A stretch of 64,000 nt of DNA, from NCBI GenBank assembly GCA_002104945.1, contig MCFH01000004.1, positions 248,001-312,000 on the forward strand, written 5' to 3'. Positions 10,923 to 22,956 of this stretch are shown piece after piece. The translations under genes and the position numbers were made by a program. The stretch is from Piromyces finnis finn. Lineage: Eukaryota > Fungi > Neocallimastigomycota. The notes under the pieces are model-generated. The model saw only the letters and a program-made list of their open reading frames with translations, ran no database searches and had not been told where the DNA came from. Each line of letters opens with the position of its first letter. The first letter of the stretch is position 1.

Positions 10923-13900
10923 CCTATTTTTATTTTACATTAAAAATGTAATAATAAAAAATTTATTTTTTTTTCTTTTAGAAAAAAAACACAATAAATG
11001 AAAATTATTATTCATTTTTATTAGAATTAAATGTTTTATCAATTTTCCATATGTAATAATAATAATAACAATAATAAAATTATAAAAAAGAATGAATCAT
11101 TATAAAAAAAAAATCGATAAAACATTATCCTAATCCATTATTATAATTAATCTTTTTGGTTATTTTACTCTATTATATATAAATATGTAATATTATTTAA
11201 ATGATGAAAAGGTTCTTACCAAGATTTTCAAAAATAAGAATATTTATTTAAAGAAAAATACTAAAATAAGAATGGATTCATTATCAATTGTTGTTAAACC
11301 CATTTTAAAATTTTTTATTTCATAATATATAAATTTTATTTATTTAAATTGTAATAATTATTTTTTTCAGAATAACATTAAAAATTAATGAATTTTAACT
11401 TTTTTCTGATAATGTGTTTTCATATATAATTACAAGGTACATTGAATAAAAATTTGAAATTAACAATATATTAAATATGACATTAAAAAATAAATCCTTG
11501 TTAAAAAAAGTTATTATATTGCCATGAAAATAATTAATACTTATTATTTTCTATTTAAATTTCAATATTCAAATTTTAAATAGAAAAATGATTAAAATAA
11601 AATAATTAAAAAGAAAGGAAATTATAAAATATTTTATATATTATCATAATAATATAAAAAAAATATTAGTTTTTTAATTAGTAGTTAATTATATAAATAC
11701 TAATTAATTGTAATGTTCTCAAAAAATTGAACTCGATTTTTAATAAAAGAGTTAGAAAATTACCTCTAAAAATATATATATATATATTTTTATTGTTATT
11801 TTATTATTATTATTATTATTATAATTATTATTATTAAAAAAATGAGTATTGTATGTTAATATAAAGTCCATCTTAAGAATTTTATTTTTCTTTTATTTCT
11901 TTAATAATTTAAAGTTTTAAACTATTTCTGTATTTTTATAAATTTAAAATCTACTATATACTTTTTACTATTAAATATAAAAAAAAAATGTTAAAAAATT
12001 ATTAAAGTAATTTATATAATTTAAAGTATATTATTTTTAATATTTTTATTTACTTATATAAAGTATAGTGTCATAATATAAAAAAGAATTTAGTATAGTG
12101 TCTATTAAAATTGAAATAATTAACTATTAATCATAGCTTAAAAGAGATATAATATAATGAAGTAATATCGCTTTTAATTTTAAATAATTAAAGATTTTAG
12201 AGTTTTATATTTTTACGCACAATATTTTTTTCGTTAATTTTATTATTATTACTACTATTGATTTTGATTTGAATAAATATATAATGTATAATTACCTTTT
12301 TTTTCTATGAAATTATAAAAATTTATATAATAAAAACAATAATTATTGAAAATATATATCACTACTTATTTCTATTTTTATTATTTAAAAGATAAATAAT
12401 ATATATAAATGGATAATTATGAAAATGTATATTTAATTTTTTTTTTTAATTTGCATTAATTTTTGTTTCAATGAATATATTTTTTTAAAAAAAAAAAAAA
12501 AAAACTTTAAGAAAAAGTAGCAATTATTAACATTTAGTTAGTTTCTATGATTAAATAACAATTGAAACAAAAAGCTTTTTATTAAAGCATAATAAGTAAA
12601 AATCTTTTTTTAAATTATGTATTAGGTAACCATCTTAATACTATTTATTAATTATTTATTTAAAAAAAATAAGTTTTTTTTATTTTTAAAAATGTTATTT
12701 TCCCATTTTTCATACAAAATAATTTAAAAATCAATATAAATAAATTAATTTATATATGAGAATAATATATTGATAATATAAAGAGAGCATTAACTAAATA
12801 ATATATTTATTAATTTATATTTTAATATATGTATTATGATAAACCTTTTTTTTTTAAAAAATTGAAATCAATTTCCTTTTTTGTTAAATTGAATTACTAA
12901 ATTTATAAAATTAAAATTCATATTTAATGTATAATCCATATATTAAAATATATTGTAATATATTATTAAGGATGCAATGTGTAAATTTTAAAAAACTTAA
13001 AAAAATTTCTAAAAAATGAATGATTCATATTTTTTTTATATTATTTTTTGGCAACGATGCTCAAAAAAGTATTATAAAGAGATGGCCCAATTAAAAACAA
13101 AAACAGAGAGGAAAAAATATATTTTAATAACATTATTAAATAAATATATGTTTGAAATATACTATTTTAATACAATAAGATATATTTCTTTTCATTGTTA
13201 AATATAGTAAAATGATAATGATGAGAATTCAATATTTCTTTAATATTTTTCAAAAAAGGTAATATTTTTCTTTTAAAAATTATAATTAATAATATTTTTT
13301 TAATCTTGAATTTTATTCTTATTAAATAATATTATTATTTTCTGTATTTTTTAGTTTATTACACTATTTTATAATTGATAAGCTTTATAAGTGATTTTTC
13401 ATTTTTTTTTTTAAAATGATATCAAGTCAGGAGTTTAAAATTAATATATTTTTTTTTTAAAAAAAGTTTATGTAAAGATACATTTTTTATTAAACTACTA
13501 TAATTATTATGATAATAAAATTGTTATTTTTTCAAAGCCATGATTTAAACTCCTCTCTTATTATCAATATTTTTACTCATATTACTTTTTTAAATTAATA
13601 AAAAATAATATGAATAATCATTTTAAATTTAAATGTTTCTTTTAAAGGAATATTAAATAGTTATAGCAATGAAATACTAATAAATATATTCTTTAAAAAC
13701 GATCATTTATTATTATTATTATTATCATCATCATTACCAAGTATTTTATTCGTATTTATTATAAATGCCTTTTTATTTTTATTATTATTACAAAAACAGT
13801 TTACTTTTTTTTTTTTTTAAATTGAAAGCATTTATCTATTTTTTAATACCTCCTTTTTTCTATTCCATTCATATCACTTCTATTCCATATAAAATAAATT

Positions 13901-16469
13901 TAATACTTTTTTTAGTTCATCCTCAATTACCATTCTAATAAAAATAATAATAAGCTGATGAAAAACATTTTCTTAAAAAAAGATATATTCAATTATAGTT
14001 TACATATATTATTAATAAATTCAACCATATTCATTATTCATTTTTGAATTAATATTAATATAAATTAATATATTGAATAATTAATTACTAATATATATTA
14101 ATACATTTTTTTTATTCATTAAAAAATTATACAGAATTCGTTCAATATGGAGAGGGTTGAAAAAATTAAATATTAAATTTTTTAAAATATAATAAACTCT
14201 TTACATACTAATATCTATTATAATGCATCATTCTATTTATGTTATCATTAAAGTCGTATTTAAATAATATAAATTTATGTACAAAGATTAATTCTTAATA
14301 CCACTTTTTCTTTTTTAATTATAATGATAATAACATTTATTATTATCTTAAATAATGCCTAAAAGAAGTTAGTCCAGAAAAAAAAAAGTTTCAAAATAAT
14401 AAAATAATCTTAAATGATTTTATTGTCTCTTTTTAAAGTTATACAGATTTTTTTTATTGTTTTTTTAACTTTTTAGATTTAATTATTAAAGTAAAAAAAA
14501 ATGATTTAATTAAATAGGCATGGGTATAAAATTATAAATCAATATATTAAACTATACATTTTATATTATATATAATATATTAAATGATAATACTATATCT
14601 TTTATACTTCATCTATTTAATAAGTTTATTTTTAAATATTAAGATTACCATTCAAAATAAAGTAGATTGTCTAATATGATTAATATATATTATTTTAATA
14701 TAAATCCATATTTTTTTTAAAAAAGTTTAATCTTGTGGGTTATTTAAAAGATGTATGATTCACTTTGTAGGAAAAGGTAAAAACAAAATTTGTCTTTAAA
14801 CATTTCATGTAAATATCTTTTGTTCCTTCATTATTATTTTGGCATGCACAATTTTTATTTATTTAGAATATTATTTGTTTATATAAATTAGAGTTATTAC
14901 TAGTTTTTGTATTTTATTTGTTCATTTAAGTTTCATTTTTTATTTATATTTAATTTATTTTTTATTAAATATAGCAGAATGATTAAAAAGGTGACATGTA
15001 TTGTTTGTAAATATTATATTAATGCTTCTATTATTTAAATAATACTTTTATAAATTAATTTAATTATTAATATAATATATATGTACAGTATAAAAAGCTT
15101 ATCTTAATTCCTCACCTTTTATATTTTGAATATATTAATAGTAAATTATTAAATTTGAAAAATGAATAAAAATTGTTAATAGGTAATATAAAAGTAATAT
15201 AATGGCAATATAATTTTTCAATTATCTTTGATAAGGTTATTTATTTTTACAAAAAATGTAAAAAAAGTATAATAAATTAAATTAGAGAAGAACTTAATTA
15301 AAATATATTTTATTACTTTTTTTTTTTTTTTTTTTTTTTTTTGAAAAATAGTAGTAATAATAAAAAAAACCCAGAAAATTTGACTATTGGAAGCATAAAG
15401 AAATTTATTTAAAATTAATTATAAATTTCAAAAATCCTATAAATATGTAAATTTTTATTTCTTTTTTTTTTTTTTTTTTTTTTTTTCTTTGCAATAAAAA
15501 ATAGAATTTCAGTTATTATATACCAATCTTTTATTTTTTTTACCATAAAAAAAAAGAGAATATTAAATTTTTATTCTTTTTTTATTATTTATTTTTATAT
15601 TAGTTATTATTTATCTTAAATTTCTATTAGAATTTAGAATCTTTTATAGTTCTTTATCTATAAACTAATTTAATATCTATTATAATATCGCTTTACAGTT
15701 ACAAAACTTTTTATATAATAAATTCTATATTGTAAATATCAAAATTTTTTATATATTTTTTATTGAGTATTTAAAATAAATTTATATATAAAGAGTAGGA
15801 TGATAAGGATAATAAACCGAAAATAATTACAGAAATTATAAATTGTTTTATGAAAAGAAAATTGTAACAATATTGTAATATTTTTCACATTTATTAATAA
15901 TATTGAATAGAAATATTATTTTAAAAAATTAAGAATGTGAAAAATTTAAGCAATAATATTAGTGAATTTTATAATTATAAAATAGGATTTTGTAGTATAA
16001 ATATTAAAGAATTATTCAAAATAATTTATAAAAATTCAGGAAAGAATAAAAAAAAAAAAGATAAAAGAAATTCATAAATAAATAAAATAAAAAAAAAATA
16101 GAAAATTTTTCTAAATAAAAACGAAAAAATATTATTAGTTTAAATAGCTTTTATTAAATCAAAATATTAATTGTAATCTATTTCTATCGAAAAAATTAAA
16201 AAAAAAAAAAAAGAAGATAGATAGAAATAGATAAAGTTAAAAAAAAAAAGATTTTAAATAATTTTCAATTATTATTATATATATATAGAAAGGCTATATA
16301 TATAATATATAGCTTTTTTATTTAGTAATAATAATTAAGAAAATAATATTTTTTAAATTATAATAAAACAGTATATCTATAAAAAAACCTTATTAATTGT
16401 ATTATTATTTTTTAATATATTATTAATATTGAATAAAAATAAATATTAAAATAGTTTAACAACAACAAA

Positions 16470-18467
16470 ATGCTTAGTTTTCTTAGAGGTTGGAACCGTC
16501 CACGTACTTTAAAGGCTCGTAAGTCAATGTTAGATCTTCAAGCTAACAGTACTACTGCTACTTTAGCTAACATTGCTGCTAAGGCTTCTACTAATCTTCA
16601 TGAATACAAAATTTCTTCTCTTAGTGACTCTACCGCTTTATACTTAGGTATTGGTGGTGCTAACAATAAGAACATTGCTCAATTTAATATTTGTATTTCT
16701 GATGGTGTTAACCCAGTTCACTATCTTTTCCGTGAAATTGAATTCCCACAAAACCAAGACCTTTCAAACCCAGAAGTTCTCAAGCAACGTGGTGATAATA
16801 TTCAAAATGAAATTATTGAATGTATTGATGAATTCCAAAAGGCTAATGATATTAAGATTATTGGTGCCACTTTACTTAGACCATTATTAGATTCATGGGG
16901 TGTTACCCGTTTACCAGAAGAACTCTGGTCAAAGTTAGATATTGTTCCATTTGTTCTCGACAATGAAAAGGATGTTATTAACTACGACTTCGGACCAAAC
17001 TCTGATGTCCCAGTTGATGCTAATGGCAAAATTAACCTTGTTAATATTGATGATTACAAGGGTACTGTTTCTAAGGAAACTTGGGATGTTCTTATGAAGA
17101 TCACTGAACGTTTAAGAGATGAACAAGACTTAAAGATTGCCTTCTTCAATGCTACTCCACAAGGTGGTGGTGTCGCTTTAATGAGACATGCTGGTATTCG
17201 TTTATTCCGTCTTTTAGGTGTTAAGTGCCGTTGGTTTGTTCCATTCCCAGATAACGATGTCTTCCGTATCACCAAGAACAACCACAATATTTTACAAGGT
17301 GTTGCTGATCCAAACCTTCGTCTTACTGAAGATAACAAGAAGACTTACGAAGCCTGGATTAAGGCCAATGTTGAAAAGTATTGGTTAAACGATGTTTTCA
17401 GAGAATGCAATGTTATCTTCATTGATGATCCACAAATGGTTGGTCTTGTTCCATATATTAAGGAAGTTAACCCAGCCTGTAAGATTCTTTACCGTTCTCA
17501 CATTCAAATTCGTGCTGATTTAGCTAATACTCCAGGATCTCCACAAAATGGTGTCTGGTCTTACTTATGGTCTTTCATTCAACACTGTGATTTATTCATT
17601 AGTCACCCAGTTCTTTCTTTCATTCCAGATGAAGTTCCACTTGAAAAGACTGTTCTTATGCCAGCTGCTTCTGACCCAATCGATGGTTTAAACAAGGAAT
17701 TAAATGACAATGAAATGGATTACTACATTGGTATTTTCAATCGTATTTGTGCTGAACAAGGAACCAAGAACACTCTTGACCCAGAACGTCCAAACATTAT
17801 TCAAATTGCTCGTTTCGATCCAGCCAAGGGTATTCCAGATGTTATTGATTCCTATGCTATCTTACGTAAAAAGATGAATGATGCTGGTTATCCAGTTGAA
17901 AAGACTCCACAATTAGTTATTTGTGGTCATGGTGCTATTGATGACCCAGATGCTTCCATTATCTATGCTCAAGTTATGGATCAATTAAAGGATCCAAAGT
18001 ACAAGAATGTTGTTAACGACATCATTGTTGCTCGTCTTCCACCAAGTGACCAACTTTTAGATGCTGTTTTACGTCGTTCCTACCTTGCTTTACAATTATC
18101 TCACCGTGAAGGTTTCGAAGTTAAGGTTACTGAAGCTTTAGCTAAAGGTATTCCAGTTGTTGCTGCTCGTGCTGGTGGTATTCCATTACAAATTAAGGAT
18201 GGTAAGACTGGTTTCTTATGTGAAGTTGGCGATTGTGAAGCTGTTGCTCAACGTATGTTTGAACTCTTTGATAATCCAAAACTTCATGCTCGTATGAGTA
18301 AGGATTCTTCTCGTTTATGTACTGAAGAATTCTGGACTATTTTCAACTACATGCACTGGATGTTCATGGCTTCTGAAATTTATGAAAAGGGTGCTCTTGT
18401 TGGTAACCGTCGTTGGATTAAGGAATTCTGGTATGAAAAGTACAACTACACTCCAATTCAAGAATAA
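16470..18467 (+). CDS. GT4-family trehalose phosphorylase/synthase (fungal TreP/TSase, ccg-9-like), intronless, 665 aa
   Basis: Motifs [58 protein letters not shown] and STREGF-like [14 protein letters not shown]. Strong codon bias. Confidence 0.88.
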   Translation: MLSFLRGWNRPRTLKARKSMLDLQANSTTATLANIAAKASTNLHEYKISSLSDSTALYLGIGGANNKNIAQFNICISDGVNPVHYLFREIEFPQNQDLSNPEVLKQRGDNIQNEIIECIDEFQKANDIKIIGATLLRPLLDSWGVTRLPEELWSKLDIVPFVLDNEKDVINYDFGPNSDVPVDANGKINLVNIDDYKGTVSKETWDVLMKITERLRDEQDLKIAFFNATPQGGGVALMRHAGIRLFRLLGVKCRWFVPFPDNDVFRITKNNHNILQGVADPNLRLTEDNKKTYEAWIKANVEKYWLNDVFRECNVIFIDDPQMVGLVPYIKEVNPACKILYRSHIQIRADLANTPGSPQNGVWSYLWSFIQHCDLFISHPVLSFIPDEVPLEKTVLMPAASDPIDGLNKELNDNEMDYYIGIFNRICAEQGTKNTLDPERPNIIQIARFDPAKGIPDVIDSYAILRKKMNDAGYPVEKTPQLVICGHGAIDDPDASIIYAQVMDQLKDPKYKNVVNDIIVARLPPSDQLLDAVLRRSYLALQLSHREGFEVKVTEALAKGIPVVAARAGGIPLQIKDGKTGFLCEVGDCEAVAQRMFELFDNPKLHARMSKDSSRLCTEEFWTIFNYMHWMFMASEIYEKGALVGNRRWIKEFWYEKYNYTPIQE

Positions 18468-19070
18468 ATGAACTTATCTTTTTTTTTTTAAACTAAATAA
18501 ATTTTATTTATAAAAAATTTTTTATCTGTTTTTCAATTTTTTCCCATTTTTTTTTTAAATATATATAAAGAAAAAATGGAAAAAAAAGAAAATTCAAAAT
18601 CATTTTTAAAAGAACATATAAAATATTTTTATACATTACAAGTTATACAATCATTTTATCAATTTTTTTTTATTTTATATTAAAATCTGTTTAATTTTCA
18701 ACTATATTTAATATTTTTATTATATATTATATCCACTTATTCATTTAAATGTATATGTTATACGTACAATTATATATTATAAAATATGTATTATTTATAT
18801 TTAAATAAATAAAATAAAAATATATAAATATATAAATTAATTTTGTATATAAATGAAACTTTTTTATATCTTTTTTTTTTTTTTTTTTTAAAAAAAAAGA
18901 AAGTTATAATAGAAACCTATCAGGATTAATAAAAACCTTATTTTTTTTTTTTTTTGGTAATAGTAAATTCAAAAAAATTGGTATTTTTTAAATTCTAGAA
19001 AGATCCAACATTTTATTTAGCGGGAAAACCCATTCCAACTATTGATGGCTACACTTATTTTGATAAGAAT

Positions 19071-19173
19071 TTCATTTGTGCTTATTTAAACATATTTTTT
19101 TATTTTTATTTTATTTTTTAATTTTTATATTACATGTATTATAATTTTAATAAAGTTTAAAATATTTGATGCC

Positions 19174-19207
<34 letters not shown>
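19071..19207 (+). mobile_element. LINE copy A: distal 3' UTR plus poly(A), severely 5'-truncated
   Basis: Matches the last ~105 nt of the 3' UTR of copies B and C, followed by A31. Flanked by AAGAAT(TT) at 19065-19072 and 19206-19213. Confidence 0.8.
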
Positions 19208-19209
<2 letters not shown>

Positions 19210-19229
19210 ATTTGTCTCTTAAGCCAGTT

Positions 19230-19790
19230 TTAATGTGTATGATTATTCTAGTGTGTACAGTAAAATATTTAAATTCCTTCTTGGGGGAAGAAGTTTTAAC
19301 AATATTAATTACAATTCAAGGGAATGGAAAGAACTTTGTAAGCGTCAGATTCAATCTGATACTAACGAAGGAACACCATTCTTGACGGTAACCGCGGAAC
19401 TTCTAACCAAAATCATGCCTTTTGCTATTGGCCAGCAATGGACAATGTTCAAAAGGTTTGAAGCAACATCCAAGAGCGTCAATGCTGAAGAAACAGTAAG
19501 ACAGGCCAGGAGGGCCAGCGCAACCAATGGAGATCATAATTTTGTTCCATGACAAAATTTTGATCTTTGGCTCGGTGTCCCATTGGAAGTCAAATACAAT
19601 TATTATACTTTAGTATGATAGTGGCTTTCTTACTTTAATTAAAATTACTAGAATACATTATACCCAATTTTTATTCATTTGTGTTTATTTAAACATATTT
19701 TTTTTTATTTTTATTTTTATTTTTTAATTTTTTATTACATGTATTATAATTTTAATTAAATTAATAATAAAGTTTAAAATATTTGATGCC

Positions 19791-19821
<31 letters not shown>
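19230..19821 (+). mobile_element. LINE copy B: last ~105 codons of the ORF plus 3' UTR and poly(A), 5'-truncated
   Basis: ORF 19235-19552 is near-identical to the C-terminus of copy C. Tail A28. Perfect 13-bp TSD TCTTAAGCCAGTT at 19217-19229 and 19822-19834. Confidence 0.92.
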
Positions 19822-19826
<5 letters not shown>

Positions 19827-19884
19827 AGCCAGTTATTAAAGCTCTTAATAGGAAGGTTTTGAAAGGACTTTTCTCAATCAGTCA

Positions 19885-22800
19885 TTGATTACATCCACAA
19901 AAGATGTAATGAATTTAGGAAACAAGAATATCTTCATTGGATTAAAACAGGATGTGAGTATATGAAGAGTCATAATCCTAAGAAGGCCTGGAAATGGATC
20001 AAGAAAACTGCAAAAATTGGAAAAGATTCTTTCTTTATTGCTCAACCAATTAAAAATAAAAATGGAGAATTAGTTGTTGCTACGGAAGAACAACTAGATG
20101 TGTGGCATGATCATTTCGAAAATCTTGCATCAGATCCAAGTGGTGTAAGTCTTGATTTGGAGCATTGGTATGAAGAACCAACGAATAAACGTTTTTCACT
20201 TCCTATGCTTGATGAGTGGGATATCAACCAAGATATTAGTATTGATGAAGTCAAGTCAGCTATCCTCTCTACTCCAAATTATAAAGCATCAGGTCCGGAT
20301 GGTATTCCAATTGAATTTTACAAAGCATTAATTCCATCAAGTAATGATTCTAATAATGCTACAGATAATAATTCTTCTGGTAATACTACTTCAGATAATG
20401 ATGCTCATGGGTTAAATTTTATTCTTAAATTATTCAACCGTATTTGGGATGGAGACTTCCCCAACTCATGGAATGAATCCAGTATTGTTTCTATTCCTAA
20501 GAAGGGAGATTTGACAGATTGTTATAACTATCGAGGTATATCACTTATCAATAATGGTATTAAGTTGATTTCCAAAATTGTCACCACTAGAATCTCAGAA
20601 TATGGTTTAAAGAATAATTTCATTAGACCTGAACAATTTGGTTTTCGAAAAAAGGAAGAAAGTATTAGTCTTTTCATTTCAATCCAAGAAATATGCCGTA
20701 GACGTCAATTAGATAATAAAGAGACATATTTGGCCTTTTTAGATCTCAGGAAAGCATACGATTCAGTCCCAATCGGTAATATTCTCCATAAATTAGATTG
20801 TTTAGGAATCCGAGGTAAGAGTTTACAATTCATCAAAAATTTATATTTAACATCTAAGGCTAATGTCAAATTAGATGGACAATTCTCGAAATCTTTTGAT
20901 GTGAAGAAAGGAGTCCGTCAAGGATGCCCTCTTTCTCCTATTCTCTTTAATCTCTTTATTAATGATATATTTAGAGAGTGCGAAGATCTAGGAGTCAGTT
21001 TAGGTGACACTCGATGCTGTGGTGGACTTTTTGCAGATGATATAGTTATTTGTGCTCCAACAAGAGGATGCTTAAAAAAGATGCTTAGAAGAGTTAATGA
21101 ATGGGCACTGTATAATGAAATGGAATTTGGTATCCAGAAATGTTCAACGATGGTGATTCGTCCTGAATCAATAGAAAATCAGAACAAGAGAGATCCAACA
21201 TTTTACTTAGCAGGACAACCCATTCCAACTACTGATTGCTATACTTATCTTGGTGTTCCATTTGATAAGAATCTGTCCCTTAAACCAGTAATTAAAGCTC
21301 TTAATAACAAGGTTTTGAAAGGACTTTTCTCAGTCAGTAAATTCTTAAGAAATCCTAATATTCCTATTCCTTTCAAAAAACTAGTACTTAACTCACAAGT
21401 GATTAGCAGAGTTTCATACTTTGCACCATTACTTGGATCCAACAAAGCTAGGTCTAGGATTGCTCAGAAGCATGTTAACAAAGGAATACGATGGGTTGCC
21501 GGAGTTCATAAAGCTGTATCGTTTATATCTTTATACTCTATTTCAAAAGATTTGAATATTCCTCCATTGTCAGCCAAATGTGCGTTAGCTCAGGTTAGAT
21601 GTTTTAACAAATGGAAAAACTCAAATTGTATTATCTCACACCTTGTCAATTACATTCCTAAATTTAGAAAATACACGTGGTGCAAATCAAGTAGGACACT
21701 TGATAAAAAACTAAAGAAACATGGAGATGTTAAAGCAGTTAAAAACTTTTATTGGAAAGATCTCAAAGGGAATTCAATCAAAGCGCAATATTATGATGAT
21801 AATAAATTTATTGAAACTAAAGATTTTATTAAATTATGTTATGAGTACCCAGAGTTTGCCTATGGCTTCTACTGGCTCTTGAAAGCAAGAAGCGGATACA
21901 AGTTGGATGCTAGAGTTGCCAAAGCTGCTAAATTTGTTGATCCAGTTTGTCCTAACTACTGTCCATGTTGCAAGTGTGGAGATCAAAGTATTAAACATTG
22001 GTTATTAGATTGTCCAACATTTAGAGATATCCGTATTAAACATTATGATTCCATAGTCCAGCTATTAAATTTTTTCAGTCAACGTAATTCCAATAGTCCT
22101 ATCAATAATAATGAAATTGATAATATCAGTAGAGATAGTAATAATATTAATAGTAATAGTAACAATAGTAGTAATAACAATAGTAATAGTAACAATAGTA
22201 ATAGTAACAATAGTAATAATAACAATAATAGAAATAATAATATTAGTAATGATAGCAATAGTGAAGATAATAATTCTAATTTAGATAGTAATTTAGTTAA
22301 TGATAGTAATAGTTCTAATAATCCGGTGAATATTAATGTGTATGATTATTCTAGTGTGTGCAGTAAAATATTTAAATTCCTTCTTGGGGGAAGAAGTTTT
22401 AACAATATTAATTACAATTCAAGGGAATGGAAAGAACTTTGTAAGCGTCAGATTCAATCTGGTACTAATGAAGGAACACCATTCTTGACGGTAACCGCGG
22501 AACTTCTAACCAAAATCATGCCTTTTGCTATTGGCCAGCAATGGTCAATGTTCAAAAGGTTTGAAGCAACATCCAAGAGCGTCAATGCTGAAGAAACAGT
22601 AAGACAGGCCAGGAGGGCCAGCGCAACCAATGGAGATCATAATTTTGTTCCATGACAAAATTTTGATCTTTGGCTCGGTGTCCCATTGGAAGTCAAATAC
22701 AATTATTATATTTTAGTATAATAGTGGCTTTCTTACTTTAATTAAAATTACTAGAATACATTATACCCAATTTTTATTCATTTGTGTTTATTTAAACATA

Positions 22801-22893
22801 TTTTTTTTTTATTTTTATTTTAATTTTAATTTTTTTATTACATGTATTATAATTTTAATTAAATTAATAATAAAGTTTAAAATATTTGATGCC

Positions 22894-22954
<61 letters not shown>
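19885..22954 (+). mobile_element. LINE copy C: 5'-truncated, retaining RT and the C-terminal zinc motif
   Basis: Starts at the position equivalent to 24318 of copy D. Tail A58. 14-bp TSD TTCTCA(A/G)TCAGTCA at 19871-19884 and 22955-22968 with one mismatch. Confidence 0.93.
19962..22655 (+). CDS. Reverse transcriptase ORF of LINE copy C (no endonuclease domain), 897 aa
   Basis: KASGPDG, NYRGISL, QFGFR, AFLDLRKAYDSV, GVRQGCPLSPILF, LFADD, YLG, and CPCCKCG..H..LDC. Confidence 0.92.
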   Translation: MKSHNPKKAWKWIKKTAKIGKDSFFIAQPIKNKNGELVVATEEQLDVWHDHFENLASDPSGVSLDLEHWYEEPTNKRFSLPMLDEWDINQDISIDEVKSAILSTPNYKASGPDGIPIEFYKALIPSSNDSNNATDNNSSGNTTSDNDAHGLNFILKLFNRIWDGDFPNSWNESSIVSIPKKGDLTDCYNYRGISLINNGIKLISKIVTTRISEYGLKNNFIRPEQFGFRKKEESISLFISIQEICRRRQLDNKETYLAFLDLRKAYDSVPIGNILHKLDCLGIRGKSLQFIKNLYLTSKANVKLDGQFSKSFDVKKGVRQGCPLSPILFNLFINDIFRECEDLGVSLGDTRCCGGLFADDIVICAPTRGCLKKMLRRVNEWALYNEMEFGIQKCSTMVIRPESIENQNKRDPTFYLAGQPIPTTDCYTYLGVPFDKNLSLKPVIKALNNKVLKGLFSVSKFLRNPNIPIPFKKLVLNSQVISRVSYFAPLLGSNKARSRIAQKHVNKGIRWVAGVHKAVSFISLYSISKDLNIPPLSAKCALAQVRCFNKWKNSNCIISHLVNYIPKFRKYTWCKSSRTLDKKLKKHGDVKAVKNFYWKDLKGNSIKAQYYDDNKFIETKDFIKLCYEYPEFAYGFYWLLKARSGYKLDARVAKAAKFVDPVCPNYCPCCKCGDQSIKHWLLDCPTFRDIRIKHYDSIVQLLNFFSQRNSNSPINNNEIDNISRDSNNINSNSNNSSNNNSNSNNSNSNNSNNNNNRNNNISNDSNSEDNNSNLDSNLVNDSNSSNNPVNINVYDYSSVCSKIFKFLLGGRSFNNINYNSREWKELCKRQIQSGTNEGTPFLTVTAELLTKIMPFAIGQQWSMFKRFEATSKSVNAEETVRQARRASATNGDHNFVP

Positions 22955-22956
<2 letters not shown>

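Larger units (their letters stand above)
19001..19884 (+). mobile_element. Copy O: interrupted ~140-bp RT-gene fragment of a diverged subfamily (pieces 19001-19070, 19212-19229, 19835-19884)
   Basis: The joined pieces translate to DPTFYLAGKPIPTIDGYTYFDKNLSLKPVIKALNRKVLKGLFSVS. Copy C 21191-21340 reads DPTFYLAGQPIPTTDCYTYLGVPFDKNLSLKPVIKALNNKVLKGLFSVS. Confidence 0.85.
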
